From a virus (Duplodnaviria; Caudoviricetes): a stretch of 53,299 nucleotides of DNA. The notes under the pieces are model-generated. The model saw only the letters and a list, made by a program, of their open reading frames with translations. It searched no databases and was not told the origin of the DNA. The stretch's first letter is position 1. Each line of letters opens with the position of its first letter. Below are positions 19,501 to 29,794 of the stretch, one piece after another. The translations under genes were made by a program, and so were the position numbers. The DNA is taken from positions 1 through 53,299 of the IMG/VR virus record IMGVR_UViG_3300033145_000217. One strand, written 5' to 3'.

Positions 19501-19870
19501 TGGATCGGCAGTAGCAACCACTGTTCAGTTTCCATCGAATATAGAACCTACGATATTGAAAAATTACTTCGGTATTCATATCAATGGCTCTCACCCTCTG
19601 GATGTTACGATAGATACCGAAGCTTTATATGGCGGTATTAATCAGCAGTCATCATTAAATACGCTTGATTTTACTCAGAAAGAGCAGGAGTGGCATGCGT
19701 CTTTTCTTCGTGATATTAATACACCAAACTTTGTCCTTGCCGATAAAGCCATCCTTGAAGGTGACACTATTAAAGGGTTTCATGCAAATATTAAATTGAC
19801 ACTTCCGGTAGCAGTAGCTCAACAGAACATGAGGCTTAGATTCGCTAAGATCATAGTTTCTAGGGGGTAA
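16562..19870 (+). CDS. Tail stabilisation/muzzle (nozzle) protein, P22 gp10-like beta-propeller
   Basis: 1102 aa beta-rich; N-terminal FNKGMNKDVD..L.PGEYVDAQN and C-terminal YWLD...GVVLRL...GIEEIS.YGM.GWF motifs. Confidence 0.7.
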   Translation: MSQISDIKIFNKGMNKDVDARALQPGEYVDAQNFMNSNYADSAVDVATNYNGVYDHEVGVGADRILGLFKDNFNDDLYYFIAGIAGVDRISKFTLSTNTVSDIVSSSFLGFTTNTVIKSLIVTQGILIWTDGENEIGMYDTNVTYGTLTADMLTLAQVTPLEAPLLILESDTTYRTNNITGKFFQFKYRFIFKNKMKSLFSPISDVAYSIDDYTDPVLLAGVSSTVNAINIYMSGANSNGLVESIEIAARSGNDGDFFIIKEIDVDSTFLDGGYQVYKFFNDGLYPSISLEESNQISDDIPKTAGTLVFSNNRIITGNNRIGFYDVDVDYDLEVIYADASAGGVKRIDTSVLSPGNTRLGMNNVGEFTTLMNAQFGLPSKGDIVTVSGKSVTGGGVPNDYSYPFGYVIYNVQFGDSWDTVYTAFTTPEWYQSYPDRFMSIEEISTNNAPPSTGNDAFIITSTTGSHEKTFKSGAWYNVGLQYQDKYGRTNGVQTQKESKVYIKTLGERNLTAGSYVDAGAATIKVTINNAMPSWAESVKVVYSRANVYDQSIQIATRGAANQVGSDVNVVLDIGSIAEWNNNNGGNLGYVWEKGDKIRVLTATYSTPSAPEDNLTDWARGLMEAEIVGVEPTGGVTTGGYAIVIPSLDGLDQSETRGFLANGSIIEIFRPSKELETSQSIYTEASFILDSDIIITGDAYLKSRYNFPYSNGSDVYDIIFESYDISDYSDSEHYDKGRPTAIINQEESQRIATLMYSEVIIPNTDINKLNRFYSDKNYEEYDKNFGSIIHLHNEGDHILMMQQDKVSKVYVDKSVMYDGKGNNQILSTQKRVLSEAVQYSGIYGIHDYRSFQAIGNRRYWLDASRGVVLRLAANGIEEISRYGMRGWFSNACKSLLQISNKAVYGIYDINNDAYIISFDNECKVLSFDEKDNKWTTFITLFKPKYSSYINNRTFFIQTDDLFEMNYVGIDKNIKSNSSGAFGSAVATTVQFPSNIEPTILKNYFGIHINGSHPLDVTIDTEALYGGINQQSSLNTLDFTQKEQEWHASFLRDINTPNFVLADKAILEGDTIKGFHANIKLTLPVAVAQQNMRLRFAKIIVSRG

Positions 19871-19873
19871 AAA

Positions 19874-19905
19874 TTAGGAATTCTCGATTATTTTACTTAT
19901 ATTTG
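19874..19905 (+). promoter_or_regulatory. Bacteroidota-type promoter for ejection-protein operon
   Basis: TTAG 19874-19877, 20-bp spacer, TATATTTG 19898-19905. Confidence 0.75.
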
Positions 19906-19930
19906 TAATAATTTTAAAACAAGATAAAGA

Positions 19931-20629
19931 ATGAGTTTAGCAGCAATAGCAACAGGAGTCCAAGCGGCGATAGGATTAGGACAAACTATAGCCGGGATGG
20001 TTAAGAAAAAGCCTATCATACCAGAGGCGGATGTTCCAGATGAGGTATTCCAAAATATGACGGACGCTGAGTATTGGTCGTATATTGGTATGCCACCAGA
20101 ACAAAGACAAAGGGCTGTAGAGGACATTCAAAGGGCTGGCTCTTCCGCATTATCACAATCGAGTTCGCGTAAAGGTGGGCTAGGAATGGTATCTCAAATA
20201 GCTCAAGGACAGTCTAATAGCTATAGGAGCTTGTCTGAGATGGATACTAATATGAGGTATAGGAATATTAACAGGTTATACGGAGCTAGAGATAGGATGG
20301 CCACTGAAAAAAATAGAGTCGATGAGATAAATAGAAATATAGCATATGACGAGAGAGACCAACGTAATCAACTTATTGGCGCTGGTATGCAAAATGTTAT
20401 GGGGGCTTTCGGTACCACCAGTCTACTTGATGCTAATGCAGATGAAGGTGGAGAAGGCAGTAGCACTTGGTTTGGGAGGAGGAAGACTGCCAAGGCGGAA
20501 TTCGCTCAAAAGACAGCACCGGGAGCGATAAAAGTTCCAGATTTATGGCATAATAAAAAAGATACGTATGATCCTATGGGGTCATTTGTATCTCAAAATA
20601 ATTTTGGAAGCTTATTAAAAAATAGATAA
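19931..20629 (+). CDS. Internal virion/ejection (pilot-like) protein
   Basis: G/A-rich hydrophobic N-terminus (LAAIATGVQAAIGLG) and Q/R-rich helices; first of three genes after the nozzle, as in podovirus ejectosomes. Confidence 0.55.
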   Translation: MSLAAIATGVQAAIGLGQTIAGMVKKKPIIPEADVPDEVFQNMTDAEYWSYIGMPPEQRQRAVEDIQRAGSSALSQSSSRKGGLGMVSQIAQGQSNSYRSLSEMDTNMRYRNINRLYGARDRMATEKNRVDEINRNIAYDERDQRNQLIGAGMQNVMGAFGTTSLLDANADEGGEGSSTWFGRRKTAKAEFAQKTAPGAIKVPDLWHNKKDTYDPMGSFVSQNNFGSLLKNR

Positions 20630-22302
20630 TGATTACAGCAACCACACCAACATCAGCAGGATTTGCACAAGTGTTTGATACTTCAGGTTTAGCACAAGCT
20701 GATACAGCAGCAAGGCAAAAGAAGCGTGATAGATTTGAGAAGAATATAAAGGAGTTTGATTCTGGTCAAGTTTGGTATAGAGATATACCTGAGTTTACTA
20801 ATAAGACGAACAAATATTATAAATTCATGTCTGATAATTATGATAAGATTTCAAATAAATCAAGAAATCTTGACACGTGGTATGAAATGAAGTCGATGGA
20901 GGGTGATCTTGCGAATTTCGTTGTATCATCTAAAGCTATGGGACAAATGGTAGATAAAGCCTCTAAGTTAATGTTAGATAAACCTGATCTTTATGATAAT
21001 CAAGCTAATCAAGATTTAATTGATGGGCAGATAACTGGTTCTGCTTATGGAGGTTTAGCTAAAGGATATGCAACTGGTGAAGCTCATAATAGTTCGTTTA
21101 TGAAGAATTTCAATAGGAATATTCAGATTGACACTGACGACCTTCAAAAAAGAATGCAAAAGTTTGGTACACCTAATATTGAAAAATCACAAATAGCAAC
21201 TATATCTGGAAGAAGAAAATCTTCACAATACAAATACGATTATGATCTTGAAGGTATAAGCGGAGCATTAGATGAAATGTGGAAGAACGGCTACACAGCA
21301 GATAACAGTTTTGTTTCCAGTGCTGACCTACAAAGAAAATATGGTAATTTCGAAGAATTTGCGGAAGTAGCAACAAGTGGATTACCGGAATATACAGACC
21401 CTAAAGAGTTTACAGAGCCAAGTGAAAGCGATGGAAGTAACAAGGCTAATTATCAATGGCAAGTTTCCGCACAACCATCCGGTACAAGAGCTAAAGCTCA
21501 ACATACTGTTAACGTAGTAACGCCAAAGAAAAAAATTGGAGTGACAATAGCTGGTAAAAAAATAGGCCTAACTACAAGGAAAGAAAGAACAACCCCAACA
21601 ACTGTACCTTATGTATTTACCCCAGCATCAAATGGTAACGTAGATGTGTACGGAACTAAATCAGTATTTAAGAGAAAGGCCGGAGTGCATGGTGGATGGG
21701 ATATGAGGGATAATAAATGGTCGGAGACAAATCTTACTGATGATAACCTTTCTCAATTAACAAATGTTGATAACGGATTTTTAGCTACATCGCCGATTTT
21801 CTTTCCAAGCTTAACCATGAAAGATGATCAAGGTAAACCCGTTAAACTGGATAATTATACGGCTGTAAAAGGTTCAGCAATGAGTCAGGAAATGATTAAT
21901 GCCATTGATGCGGGGGGAGTTAGTTATGTTGATGAGAATGGTGAAAATCAACCACTATCAAGGGATACAAATGTATCTGAACACATATGGCAGGGTGCTA
22001 TAGCATACTCACGTAACGCATCATACGCAAGTGGATTCGATATTTCAAACTCATTATCTTATATGAACTCACTTACAGGAAAGCAATATAGAAGCATTGC
22101 AGAACCTTGGGATGAATATAAACATGACGTTCAAATGAGTGATCAACAAAGAGATGATATAGAGAGGGAACTTGCAAAATACGATGTACAAGACCACTTC
22201 GATCAACCTATATCTGTAGTTGATCCTGAAACCGGAGAGTTAGACTATGATAAATTAGATGAATTGAGTCGAAAAAACGCAAATGCAAACAAAGATAAAT
22301 AA
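20629..22302 (+). CDS. Putative internal virion/ejection protein
   Basis: 557 aa; position between the pilot-like and giant virion protein genes. Confidence 0.45.
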   Translation: MITATTPTSAGFAQVFDTSGLAQADTAARQKKRDRFEKNIKEFDSGQVWYRDIPEFTNKTNKYYKFMSDNYDKISNKSRNLDTWYEMKSMEGDLANFVVSSKAMGQMVDKASKLMLDKPDLYDNQANQDLIDGQITGSAYGGLAKGYATGEAHNSSFMKNFNRNIQIDTDDLQKRMQKFGTPNIEKSQIATISGRRKSSQYKYDYDLEGISGALDEMWKNGYTADNSFVSSADLQRKYGNFEEFAEVATSGLPEYTDPKEFTEPSESDGSNKANYQWQVSAQPSGTRAKAQHTVNVVTPKKKIGVTIAGKKIGLTTRKERTTPTTVPYVFTPASNGNVDVYGTKSVFKRKAGVHGGWDMRDNKWSETNLTDDNLSQLTNVDNGFLATSPIFFPSLTMKDDQGKPVKLDNYTAVKGSAMSQEMINAIDAGGVSYVDENGENQPLSRDTNVSEHIWQGAIAYSRNASYASGFDISNSLSYMNSLTGKQYRSIAEPWDEYKHDVQMSDQQRDDIERELAKYDVQDHFDQPISVVDPETGELDYDKLDELSRKNANANKDK

Positions 22303-22313
22303 ATAAAATATAA

Positions 22314-25300
22314 ATGGCAAAAATCATAGACGATCCTCAAAAGGAAACCGGACTGCCAACTTACCCTCAAGAATTTTCAGACGAAGTAAAAGCTGGCGCT
22401 AAGAATCTAGCATCACACGGCGTTCATAAAGACCAGATTTTAGGTTGGATGACTGAGAAGTACAAGAGGTATAACAACGAGCATAAAGGTAGTGATGTGC
22501 AATACGAAGAAAAACCTGAATGGGCTGAAAGTTCTCGTATTGAAATGAAGAACACGAAAAAGAAACGTGGTCTGATTAATAGGATTGGTCGTGGGTTAAG
22601 TACTATACAAGTTATACCAACTGTAGGTGGTGTTCGTTTTTTTAATCCACTTAAAGGTGAAGATAAGGAAGATAAGGACGTTATTAATGAGGACATGGTT
22701 AATAAAACTGACGAAAGAGTTCAGGGTTTATTAAACAAAGAGGGGCGTAGAGATGGTTCAATAGATGTTAAAGAACATATAGAAGAAACAAGGAAAGTGC
22801 TAGCTACCGAATTTAATTCTTCAGGCCATAGAACTCAACGGTATAATAATGAGATTCTTATGGAAGAAGCTTATTCGGAAGTAATCGCAAAAGAATTTAG
22901 AGAAAGACTTGTAAATATTGAAAAAGAAACCGGTATAAGTAAAGCTGATATAATTCTTACTGATCCTAAAAAGATTAAGAAGATGAAGAAGCAGTATAGG
23001 GATATGGGCTATACTGGTGTAATGGTTGATCGAGCATTTGATAAGGTATTATATGAAGATAAACGTGAAACGTTTGCTGAAGAGTATGATAACTCTATTA
23101 TAAAAAATAACGATCGAAAAGTACTTGAGCAAAATCGTGAGGCAATAGGTGGTAGTCTATATAATAGCTACAAAGAAAGAGCTGAAGGTAGATTCAATCC
23201 AAATGAACTTGATAGAATGCAAGCTAACATACGCCTTGAGGAGCTACGCACACAAAAAGCTGATCCTAAAACTATAAAAGCAGTTGAGGATGAAATAGCT
23301 GTATTGGATGACTTATTAGGTGAGGACAAGACAGAAAAAGCCGCAAGACATACTGTGTCTTATGCTACTGCTGTATATATGCCCGGAGGTATGTCAACTC
23401 CATCTGCTGTTAAAGTTGGTACTGAAGAATATGAAAATGAAGTATTCTATAGATTCTATAATAAGGACGGTACTAAAATAATGCGTGGAGATGAAACTCA
23501 AGATGAAATTGAGCATGAGCAATCTGTAACTGAAATCATTAAAGCCAACAAAGAAATTAACGATTTGCCAGAAAAGCTTCTACAAGAGGGTATTAAGTCT
23601 GAAAAGATTCTACTTATTCTTGAGCAAAAACTTGCTGATATAGATAAAAAATTCTCCGATTACCAAGAAGCTAAAACTTTAACAGTATACGGTACTTCAA
23701 AACAAAAAGAGGAAGGATTAGACCCTGAAGCTCTTAAAGCTTTTGATAGAGCCAACGAATATAAAAGAACCAGAGCTTTGATCTCTGAAGAAATTCGTCA
23801 GGAAAATATCAGGTCTGAAGCTGTATCAAGGATGTATTTACTAAACCAAAACGTAGCTCTCGAAGATAGAAACCTTAAAACCCTTACAGGATTAGGCGCT
23901 GCCACTATTCGCGATATTAATATAATGCCATTTAAAAGTAATCCAAACCCATCTATAGAACAGGTGAGGGCTTATGTTAATCCTATATATGAGGAACTGG
24001 GTATTGAAATGGATTCAAAAGAATATAAAGCGACAGTTAATACTTTAACTACTGATATAATAGAAGGTGGAGCGCATCTTACTGATATAGCAATCAAAAT
24101 GATGCTGCTTGATAAAGTTGGATTTGCTGGTGTCACAAAGTTTTTTGATCTTATAGGTAAAGGCGGAGTTGTTTATAAAGCTGGCGCAGGGCTTTTCAAA
24201 ATGGGAATAGAAGAAGTTAAATTCAGAGCGGTTGGTGGTGATCCCGGAACCGGCGCAGCTTTCTATGCCGCAAACAGCTTAATCCCTAATATCAAATTTA
24301 GTAAAAAATGGCTTGATGTTATTGTAAACGGATACATGAAAAGTTCTGTAGGTATGGCCGGAGCTATTGAAGGTGCATCATTGATCGAGTCCGGTATACA
24401 CGCAGCGGCAAAGGATGATGATGTTATCCGTGAAATGACAGAAACATTTGGGCCTACTGAGGAGTGGCAAAGAAGAGTTCTTGTTAATGTTTTATCAGCT
24501 ACTCCTTTTGGTATTAAAGGAATGTACGCAAGAGGCGCTATGCCTATGGTTGATCCTGCAAAATTAAGGAAGATTGCAACCGATGTGGAAAATAACGGCA
24601 AACATGATGCATCCGCTCAACTTAAATCAATGGCAGCAACCCTTGGAGATACTAAAGTATACGAAGCCTATAAAAAAGGACAACACAAAGTTGCCAGATT
24701 GAAAGCCAATAATAGGTATGACAGGTCTGATAATATGGAGGATATTAATAAGAAATATGAGGAGCTTGTAAGTGAAGAGGGGCAAAATGACGCTTTGCAA
24801 AATCCCGGTATTTCAGCTATACTTGGAAAATATGATAATGTAAAAGTTGAATTTGACGCAAGGGAATACGCGGGAAAAATTAAAACCTTAAGATTGAACG
24901 GATTCGAAGTAACTGAAAAAACTTCCCCAGCTACTATTGATACGAAATATGCCGAAATTATACGTAAAAGTAACGATTTTAAATCAGACATTAAAGAGAG
25001 TATTCCGCCCGAATCTGAAACAGAAAATATAATAGACGTTAAGCCTAAAGCTAAAGCCATTGAATACGAGTCGGAAAATAAAGTGAGAGCTGCCAGAAAA
25101 GGTATAGAGTCCATAGTTAAAGATGTTGAATGGAAAAAGGCTATCAAGGGGCCAGCAAAACATATAGCTAAGACCATTAAAGCGTTGAAGGCTAAGATAG
25201 ATGGAGAGGCAAGTGCTGGAGTTGAAAGACCAGATGTTAAACTTAAAGTGGAGGAAACGAAGGATGGTAAATTTACAGTCACCCAACAAGAAGGAGAGAA

Positions 25301-28300
25301 AACTGAGTTTAAATCAAAGGAGAAAGCTGAACAATTTATCAAAGACTTTGAACTCCTTACGGGAGGCGAAAGAACTTTTGAAGAGCAAAAAAGAATTACA
25401 AACGAAAAACAAGGCAAAAGCGAAGAGAGGGTTGAGACGTTTGATGAAATTATAGAAAGATTCTCAGGCTTAAAGAATGGAACCAGAGAACTTGATGCTA
25501 TGGTTAATATGCTTTTTGAGGCGGAAAAAGGCGAAGCTGTTAAGATTGCTAGTAAGATAGAGGATATAGTTCATAAGGTTGAAGTTATGTCAAGACCTAA
25601 AGTTGGCACTGCTGAGGCTGTTACGAGAAGCCCAAACCAAGGGCAAGCTGCCGTATCAAGGTACGCTGACTTCAGAGGTAATCTTATTGCCTATAAGCGT
25701 GGCCAAAGAGAAGGACGTACAGACCTTACGGAAAGAGCTAATGAAGTATATGACTATATCAAAACAAGAATGTCATCGAAGTTAGTAGAGAAGATTCTCA
25801 CTGCTACTGAAGTTAAATCACTAGCAAAGCCTCTGCCTAAAAATGCAAGCACCAAGGATGTGTTAGCAAGGATTGAGAAAATGGAAAAACTATTCCAAAA
25901 GCTTGAGACAAGACAATTTAGAGCTGATATACTAAAGAAACTAAGAGGTCTTTCTCCAAAAGTTGTCGGTGCTAATTTAGTAGAAACTAAAGTTGGAGAG
26001 ATAGGCGGATCAGAGATACTTACTGCTGACATCCTATTCAAAAATAACATTGAGGGCGCTGAGAGTGTAACGGCTAAACTTAATACTCTTAGAAAAAACT
26101 TCAAAGAGGGTGAATTTGGTATAGATTTTATAGACGCTCATATTAATGCACTTAGATGGACAGGTAGCAGGGAGCTTGCTATGGAACGTCAAGCTCAACT
26201 AGAGGCTGAGTCAGTTAAAAGAGAGCTTAGTTTGTCCGAAAAAATGGAGTATGAGCTTCTTGGTCTTACTGATGGTTCAAAAATGAACAACATTGATGCT
26301 CTAAGGGCCAAGGAGACTATAGATGAAATAGAAAGATCAGGAAGACTTGTTCAAGAGAGAGTTAATGAATCCAAAAAGATAATTAATTCTATAAATATAG
26401 AGGAAGGTCTTGTATCTCTTAATGCCGATCCAAAAAAGATTAAAGAACAGGCCCAAATCAATCCTAATAAACCGGGATTTGGCGAAGCTGTAATCCAAAA
26501 AATTAAGGATGCGTCTAAATATGTAGGAACATCTCATGAAAGTTTTATTACGATGATGGAGATGTTAAGCTCTAACGATCCCAACAGAGAAGGGCCTTGG
26601 GACGGATTCTTCCATACTATATCTAAGGATTTTCACCGTTCAAGGGAGAGAGAAACTGCTGAAAAGAATAGAATGCTTAACACTATGAGAGAGGAACTTC
26701 AGGTTATAACTGGACTTAAAGGTAAGAAGTTTGATAAATGGTCTAAGCGTAATTCTAAAAAGGTTCATCCTTTCGTATATGACATTGCTAACGAGGTACA
26801 GGAGGTAGGTAATGGTATAACGGTAGACCAAGCCGCGAGATACTGGCAACTACTCCACAATAAAGCCACCTACCCGTTATGGGCTAAAAGAGGTTTTGGG
26901 GTTAAAGGTGAAAAGTTTACTGAGGTTGAAGGAAAGAGACTTATGGATGCTTTAGAGGATTTCGTTGTTACTAATAACGGAGATAAAAAAGCTCTTGAAG
27001 TTGCGAAATACCAAATGGATAAATACGCTGAACTATACAGAGATGTAAACGAGGTATATTCAAGTCAACACGGTATAGACCTTGGATATACGTTTAATTA
27101 TGTTCCAATTGTATTTGAGCAGGGTATTATTCTTGACGCTAAAGGTAGAGAGATTTCATTGGACTCAGAGAATAATATGCTTGATCGCAGCTCAGAAACT
27201 AGAGTAGCCTCTTCAGCGCCAGTATTTACTAAGGCTACTCAAAGAAGCGGAAGTATTAAGCTTGATCTTAGTAAAGGCAGTGAAGAGGTGTTCGTTGACT
27301 ATTTAAGTCATGCTATGCATTATAAACACTTCCAAGAACCACTTAGAAGAGCTGATAATGTACTTAATGACAGTAAGATAAAGAAAGCCATTCAAGGTAA
27401 GTATGGAGAAAAGGCAGGTAAATATGTAAGCGATGTGATAGCAAAATCACTTAAAGATATAGGTGCCGATGCAGCAGGAGGAACTAAGATTAAATGGCTT
27501 GCTACATTGAAAAATAAGTTCACCGTTGCAAACCTTGGGGCTAACGTGATTCTACTGCCAAAACAGTTGATGTCCGTTGATGCATATAGAGCTGGATTAC
27601 AGAGTCCAGCGGAAGAAGCATTATTCACTAAGCATTTAATGTCGTTTATGGTAGATGGTTGGGGTGCTATGGGGGAATTGAATCGTTCTGAGATGATGGT
27701 AAATCGTGCTGCTGGACATTCATATAACAAGGAATTACTTGAGATGCAGAAAAAGGCCGCTAAACTATATAAAGTTGGGAAGCTAAGACCGGGAAATCTT
27801 AATGAAGGACTTTTATTTGCTACTAAACTTGGTGATAGAACTGCTATCTTAATAGGTGGTCAAGCTTTATATAGAACTAAACAAGCAACATATAGAGCTG
27901 AAGGAATGAGTGAATCGGCGGCTAAACAAAAAGCATATGAAGACGTCGTTACATTCACTAAACTTACTCAGCAATCAGGTAATATTGAAGATTTAGGTCA
28001 TATTCAAAGGTCTGGTACTTTAGGTAAATATGCTACTCTATTCCAAAATACACCACAACAGTATTATAGAGTGGAAATAGCAGCTATTAGAAATGGCGCT
28101 AATGCTGCTAGGAGAAATAAGAACAAAGATATTACGCCTGAAGAAAGAGAGAGAAACAAAACAACTATAAGACGATCCGCAAGGGACTTTGCTATTTATC
28201 ACTTTATACTACCTATGACTTTTCGTGCGGCATCTCAAGGGTTCTATCTAGGAGGGGATGATAAAGGAAGAGATAGATTTATTAATGATGAAGGACAAAT

Positions 28301-29144
28301 AGTTACATCCGCCCTTGGCAGTTTCGCATATCCATTCATGTTAGGTGATGTAATGACAAATATCCTCAGTCTTGCGATTACGGGACACTCATTTAAAACC
28401 GAAATAGGTGGCGTTGCTCAAGATGTTATATCAGGAACGGAAGAAATGGTAAAAACGGCGATAGATATATTTCAGGCTGAAGAGTTTCAATTTGAATGGG
28501 CGAGAATTATGGATGGAACATCGGCTATAACTTGGGCTGATATTATGAATGTATTAGGAACTGGTGCCGAATACGCTGGAATACCTTGGAGATCGCCCGC
28601 TTTAATAGTTAAAGGAATATCCGATTATCGTAATTACAAGACTGAGGATATTCGTTCATGGTTTGGGTATAGCTCTGGAGTTATGGGTCATTATGATAGA
28701 AGCCCTCAGTTTAATACTATGGCTCCTTATTTTGGCTCAGAGGAAGGTATCGAGCCGTTTTTAGCTAAAATGAGATTACATACAGACCCAGATTATTATG
28801 AAGCGAATCAAGAAAAATGGAGAAAAGAATTTCGATTATATAATCATTTCGGTGGATATAATGATGATGTAAATTATCTGTATACTCTTTCTAAAACAAA
28901 TAAACACAGAGCTAAGTATCTACGTTCTATACGTGATGGTAAAATACCTTTCGGAGCGCCTATATCTATAGGGGACTTGGTTCGGGCTTCCAAGCCTCCC
29001 ATGAATCCTGCTCAATATAATGCATTTCAAACGGAGCTTCTTGAGTTTGGAGTAATAACAAAAGAAGTTATAACTGAAATGAATGCTCAAGATATTGGAT
29101 ATAAAAAAGAAATAGTTCCAGAGTTTAGAAAAACTGGTAGATAA
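22314..29144 (+). CDS. Giant (2276 aa) internal virion/DNA-ejection protein
   Basis: Mostly charged helices with G/A-rich hydrophobic stretches; TQQSG...LFQNTPQQYYR region typical of large ejection proteins. No RNAP motif seen. Confidence 0.55.
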   Translation: MAKIIDDPQKETGLPTYPQEFSDEVKAGAKNLASHGVHKDQILGWMTEKYKRYNNEHKGSDVQYEEKPEWAESSRIEMKNTKKKRGLINRIGRGLSTIQVIPTVGGVRFFNPLKGEDKEDKDVINEDMVNKTDERVQGLLNKEGRRDGSIDVKEHIEETRKVLATEFNSSGHRTQRYNNEILMEEAYSEVIAKEFRERLVNIEKETGISKADIILTDPKKIKKMKKQYRDMGYTGVMVDRAFDKVLYEDKRETFAEEYDNSIIKNNDRKVLEQNREAIGGSLYNSYKERAEGRFNPNELDRMQANIRLEELRTQKADPKTIKAVEDEIAVLDDLLGEDKTEKAARHTVSYATAVYMPGGMSTPSAVKVGTEEYENEVFYRFYNKDGTKIMRGDETQDEIEHEQSVTEIIKANKEINDLPEKLLQEGIKSEKILLILEQKLADIDKKFSDYQEAKTLTVYGTSKQKEEGLDPEALKAFDRANEYKRTRALISEEIRQENIRSEAVSRMYLLNQNVALEDRNLKTLTGLGAATIRDINIMPFKSNPNPSIEQVRAYVNPIYEELGIEMDSKEYKATVNTLTTDIIEGGAHLTDIAIKMMLLDKVGFAGVTKFFDLIGKGGVVYKAGAGLFKMGIEEVKFRAVGGDPGTGAAFYAANSLIPNIKFSKKWLDVIVNGYMKSSVGMAGAIEGASLIESGIHAAAKDDDVIREMTETFGPTEEWQRRVLVNVLSATPFGIKGMYARGAMPMVDPAKLRKIATDVENNGKHDASAQLKSMAATLGDTKVYEAYKKGQHKVARLKANNRYDRSDNMEDINKKYEELVSEEGQNDALQNPGISAILGKYDNVKVEFDAREYAGKIKTLRLNGFEVTEKTSPATIDTKYAEIIRKSNDFKSDIKESIPPESETENIIDVKPKAKAIEYESENKVRAARKGIESIVKDVEWKKAIKGPAKHIAKTIKALKAKIDGEASAGVERPDVKLKVEETKDGKFTVTQQEGEKTEFKSKEKAEQFIKDFELLTGGERTFEEQKRITNEKQGKSEERVETFDEIIERFSGLKNGTRELDAMVNMLFEAEKGEAVKIASKIEDIVHKVEVMSRPKVGTAEAVTRSPNQGQAAVSRYADFRGNLIAYKRGQREGRTDLTERANEVYDYIKTRMSSKLVEKILTATEVKSLAKPLPKNASTKDVLARIEKMEKLFQKLETRQFRADILKKLRGLSPKVVGANLVETKVGEIGGSEILTADILFKNNIEGAESVTAKLNTLRKNFKEGEFGIDFIDAHINALRWTGSRELAMERQAQLEAESVKRELSLSEKMEYELLGLTDGSKMNNIDALRAKETIDEIERSGRLVQERVNESKKIINSINIEEGLVSLNADPKKIKEQAQINPNKPGFGEAVIQKIKDASKYVGTSHESFITMMEMLSSNDPNREGPWDGFFHTISKDFHRSRERETAEKNRMLNTMREELQVITGLKGKKFDKWSKRNSKKVHPFVYDIANEVQEVGNGITVDQAARYWQLLHNKATYPLWAKRGFGVKGEKFTEVEGKRLMDALEDFVVTNNGDKKALEVAKYQMDKYAELYRDVNEVYSSQHGIDLGYTFNYVPIVFEQGIILDAKGREISLDSENNMLDRSSETRVASSAPVFTKATQRSGSIKLDLSKGSEEVFVDYLSHAMHYKHFQEPLRRADNVLNDSKIKKAIQGKYGEKAGKYVSDVIAKSLKDIGADAAGGTKIKWLATLKNKFTVANLGANVILLPKQLMSVDAYRAGLQSPAEEALFTKHLMSFMVDGWGAMGELNRSEMMVNRAAGHSYNKELLEMQKKAAKLYKVGKLRPGNLNEGLLFATKLGDRTAILIGGQALYRTKQATYRAEGMSESAAKQKAYEDVVTFTKLTQQSGNIEDLGHIQRSGTLGKYATLFQNTPQQYYRVEIAAIRNGANAARRNKNKDITPEERERNKTTIRRSARDFAIYHFILPMTFRAASQGFYLGGDDKGRDRFINDEGQIVTSALGSFAYPFMLGDVMTNILSLAITGHSFKTEIGGVAQDVISGTEEMVKTAIDIFQAEEFQFEWARIMDGTSAITWADIMNVLGTGAEYAGIPWRSPALIVKGISDYRNYKTEDIRSWFGYSSGVMGHYDRSPQFNTMAPYFGSEEGIEPFLAKMRLHTDPDYYEANQEKWRKEFRLYNHFGGYNDDVNYLYTLSKTNKHRAKYLRSIRDGKIPFGAPISIGDLVRASKPPMNPAQYNAFQTELLEFGVITKEVITEMNAQDIGYKKEIVPEFRKTGR

Positions 29145-29176
29145 TTTGGTAGTCTCGAATATTTTGTTTATATTCG
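29145..29176 (+). promoter_or_regulatory. Bacteroidota-type promoter for amidase operon
   Basis: TTTG 29145-29148, 20-bp spacer, TATATTCG 29169-29176. Confidence 0.7.
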
Positions 29177-29200
29177 CTTAAATTAAAAATCAAGAATAAT

Positions 29201-29794
29201 ATGAAAAAACTTGGCCATTTATGGATTCACTGTAGCGCGACACCAGAGGGAAGGGACATTCAAGTAGGGGATATAGAACAATGGCATAAGTCGCCAAAAG
29301 ACAACCCCGATGGATCGGTTATATATTTAGGAAAAAGATACAAAGATAGGAGTGATCTTCCTGATGATAAATTGAACGGAAGACCGATATTCGATCTACA
29401 CGGTAGAGGATGGAGAGGTGGCGGATATAATGATGTTTTATTACTTAATGGAAACATTGATAACATGACACCTTTCAATCAGGATGATCAAGTCGATCCT
29501 TGGGAAATAGCCAACGGAGCTAAAGGATGGAACAATCGCTCACGACACCTTTGCTATATAGGCGGACTACGCGAAGAGGTTATAGACGATTATTGGGAAC
29601 CGGCGGATACACGAACTCCACGTCAAATATACAACATGGAGGTATACGTTAGGTATATGATTATGAGACACCCAGATATTAAGGTTGGTGGTCATAATCA
29701 AATTTCAGGAAAATTTTGTCCCTGTTTTGACGTACCAGAATGGTTAGAAAGCCTAAATATAGATAAAAAGAATATATATAATGACAGCAAGTAA
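29201..29794 (+). CDS. Endolysin, N-acetylmuramoyl-L-alanine amidase (T7 lysozyme-like, Amidase_2)
   Basis: IHCSAT, IEQWH...GW...GY, CYIGG, DTRT..Q, GHNQ and KFCPCFDV (Zn ligands H, H, C). Confidence 0.9.
   Translation: MKKLGHLWIHCSATPEGRDIQVGDIEQWHKSPKDNPDGSVIYLGKRYKDRSDLPDDKLNGRPIFDLHGRGWRGGGYNDVLLLNGNIDNMTPFNQDDQVDPWEIANGAKGWNNRSRHLCYIGGLREEVIDDYWEPADTRTPRQIYNMEVYVRYMIMRHPDIKVGGHNQISGKFCPCFDVPEWLESLNIDKKNIYNDSK

Noticed and set aside
24263-27730. Long antisense ORFs (e.g. 24668-25417, 249 aa) inside the giant gene, and similar ones in groEL
   Set aside because: S/F/L-rich translations are the expected mirror of K/E-rich sense codons; no start context or motifs.
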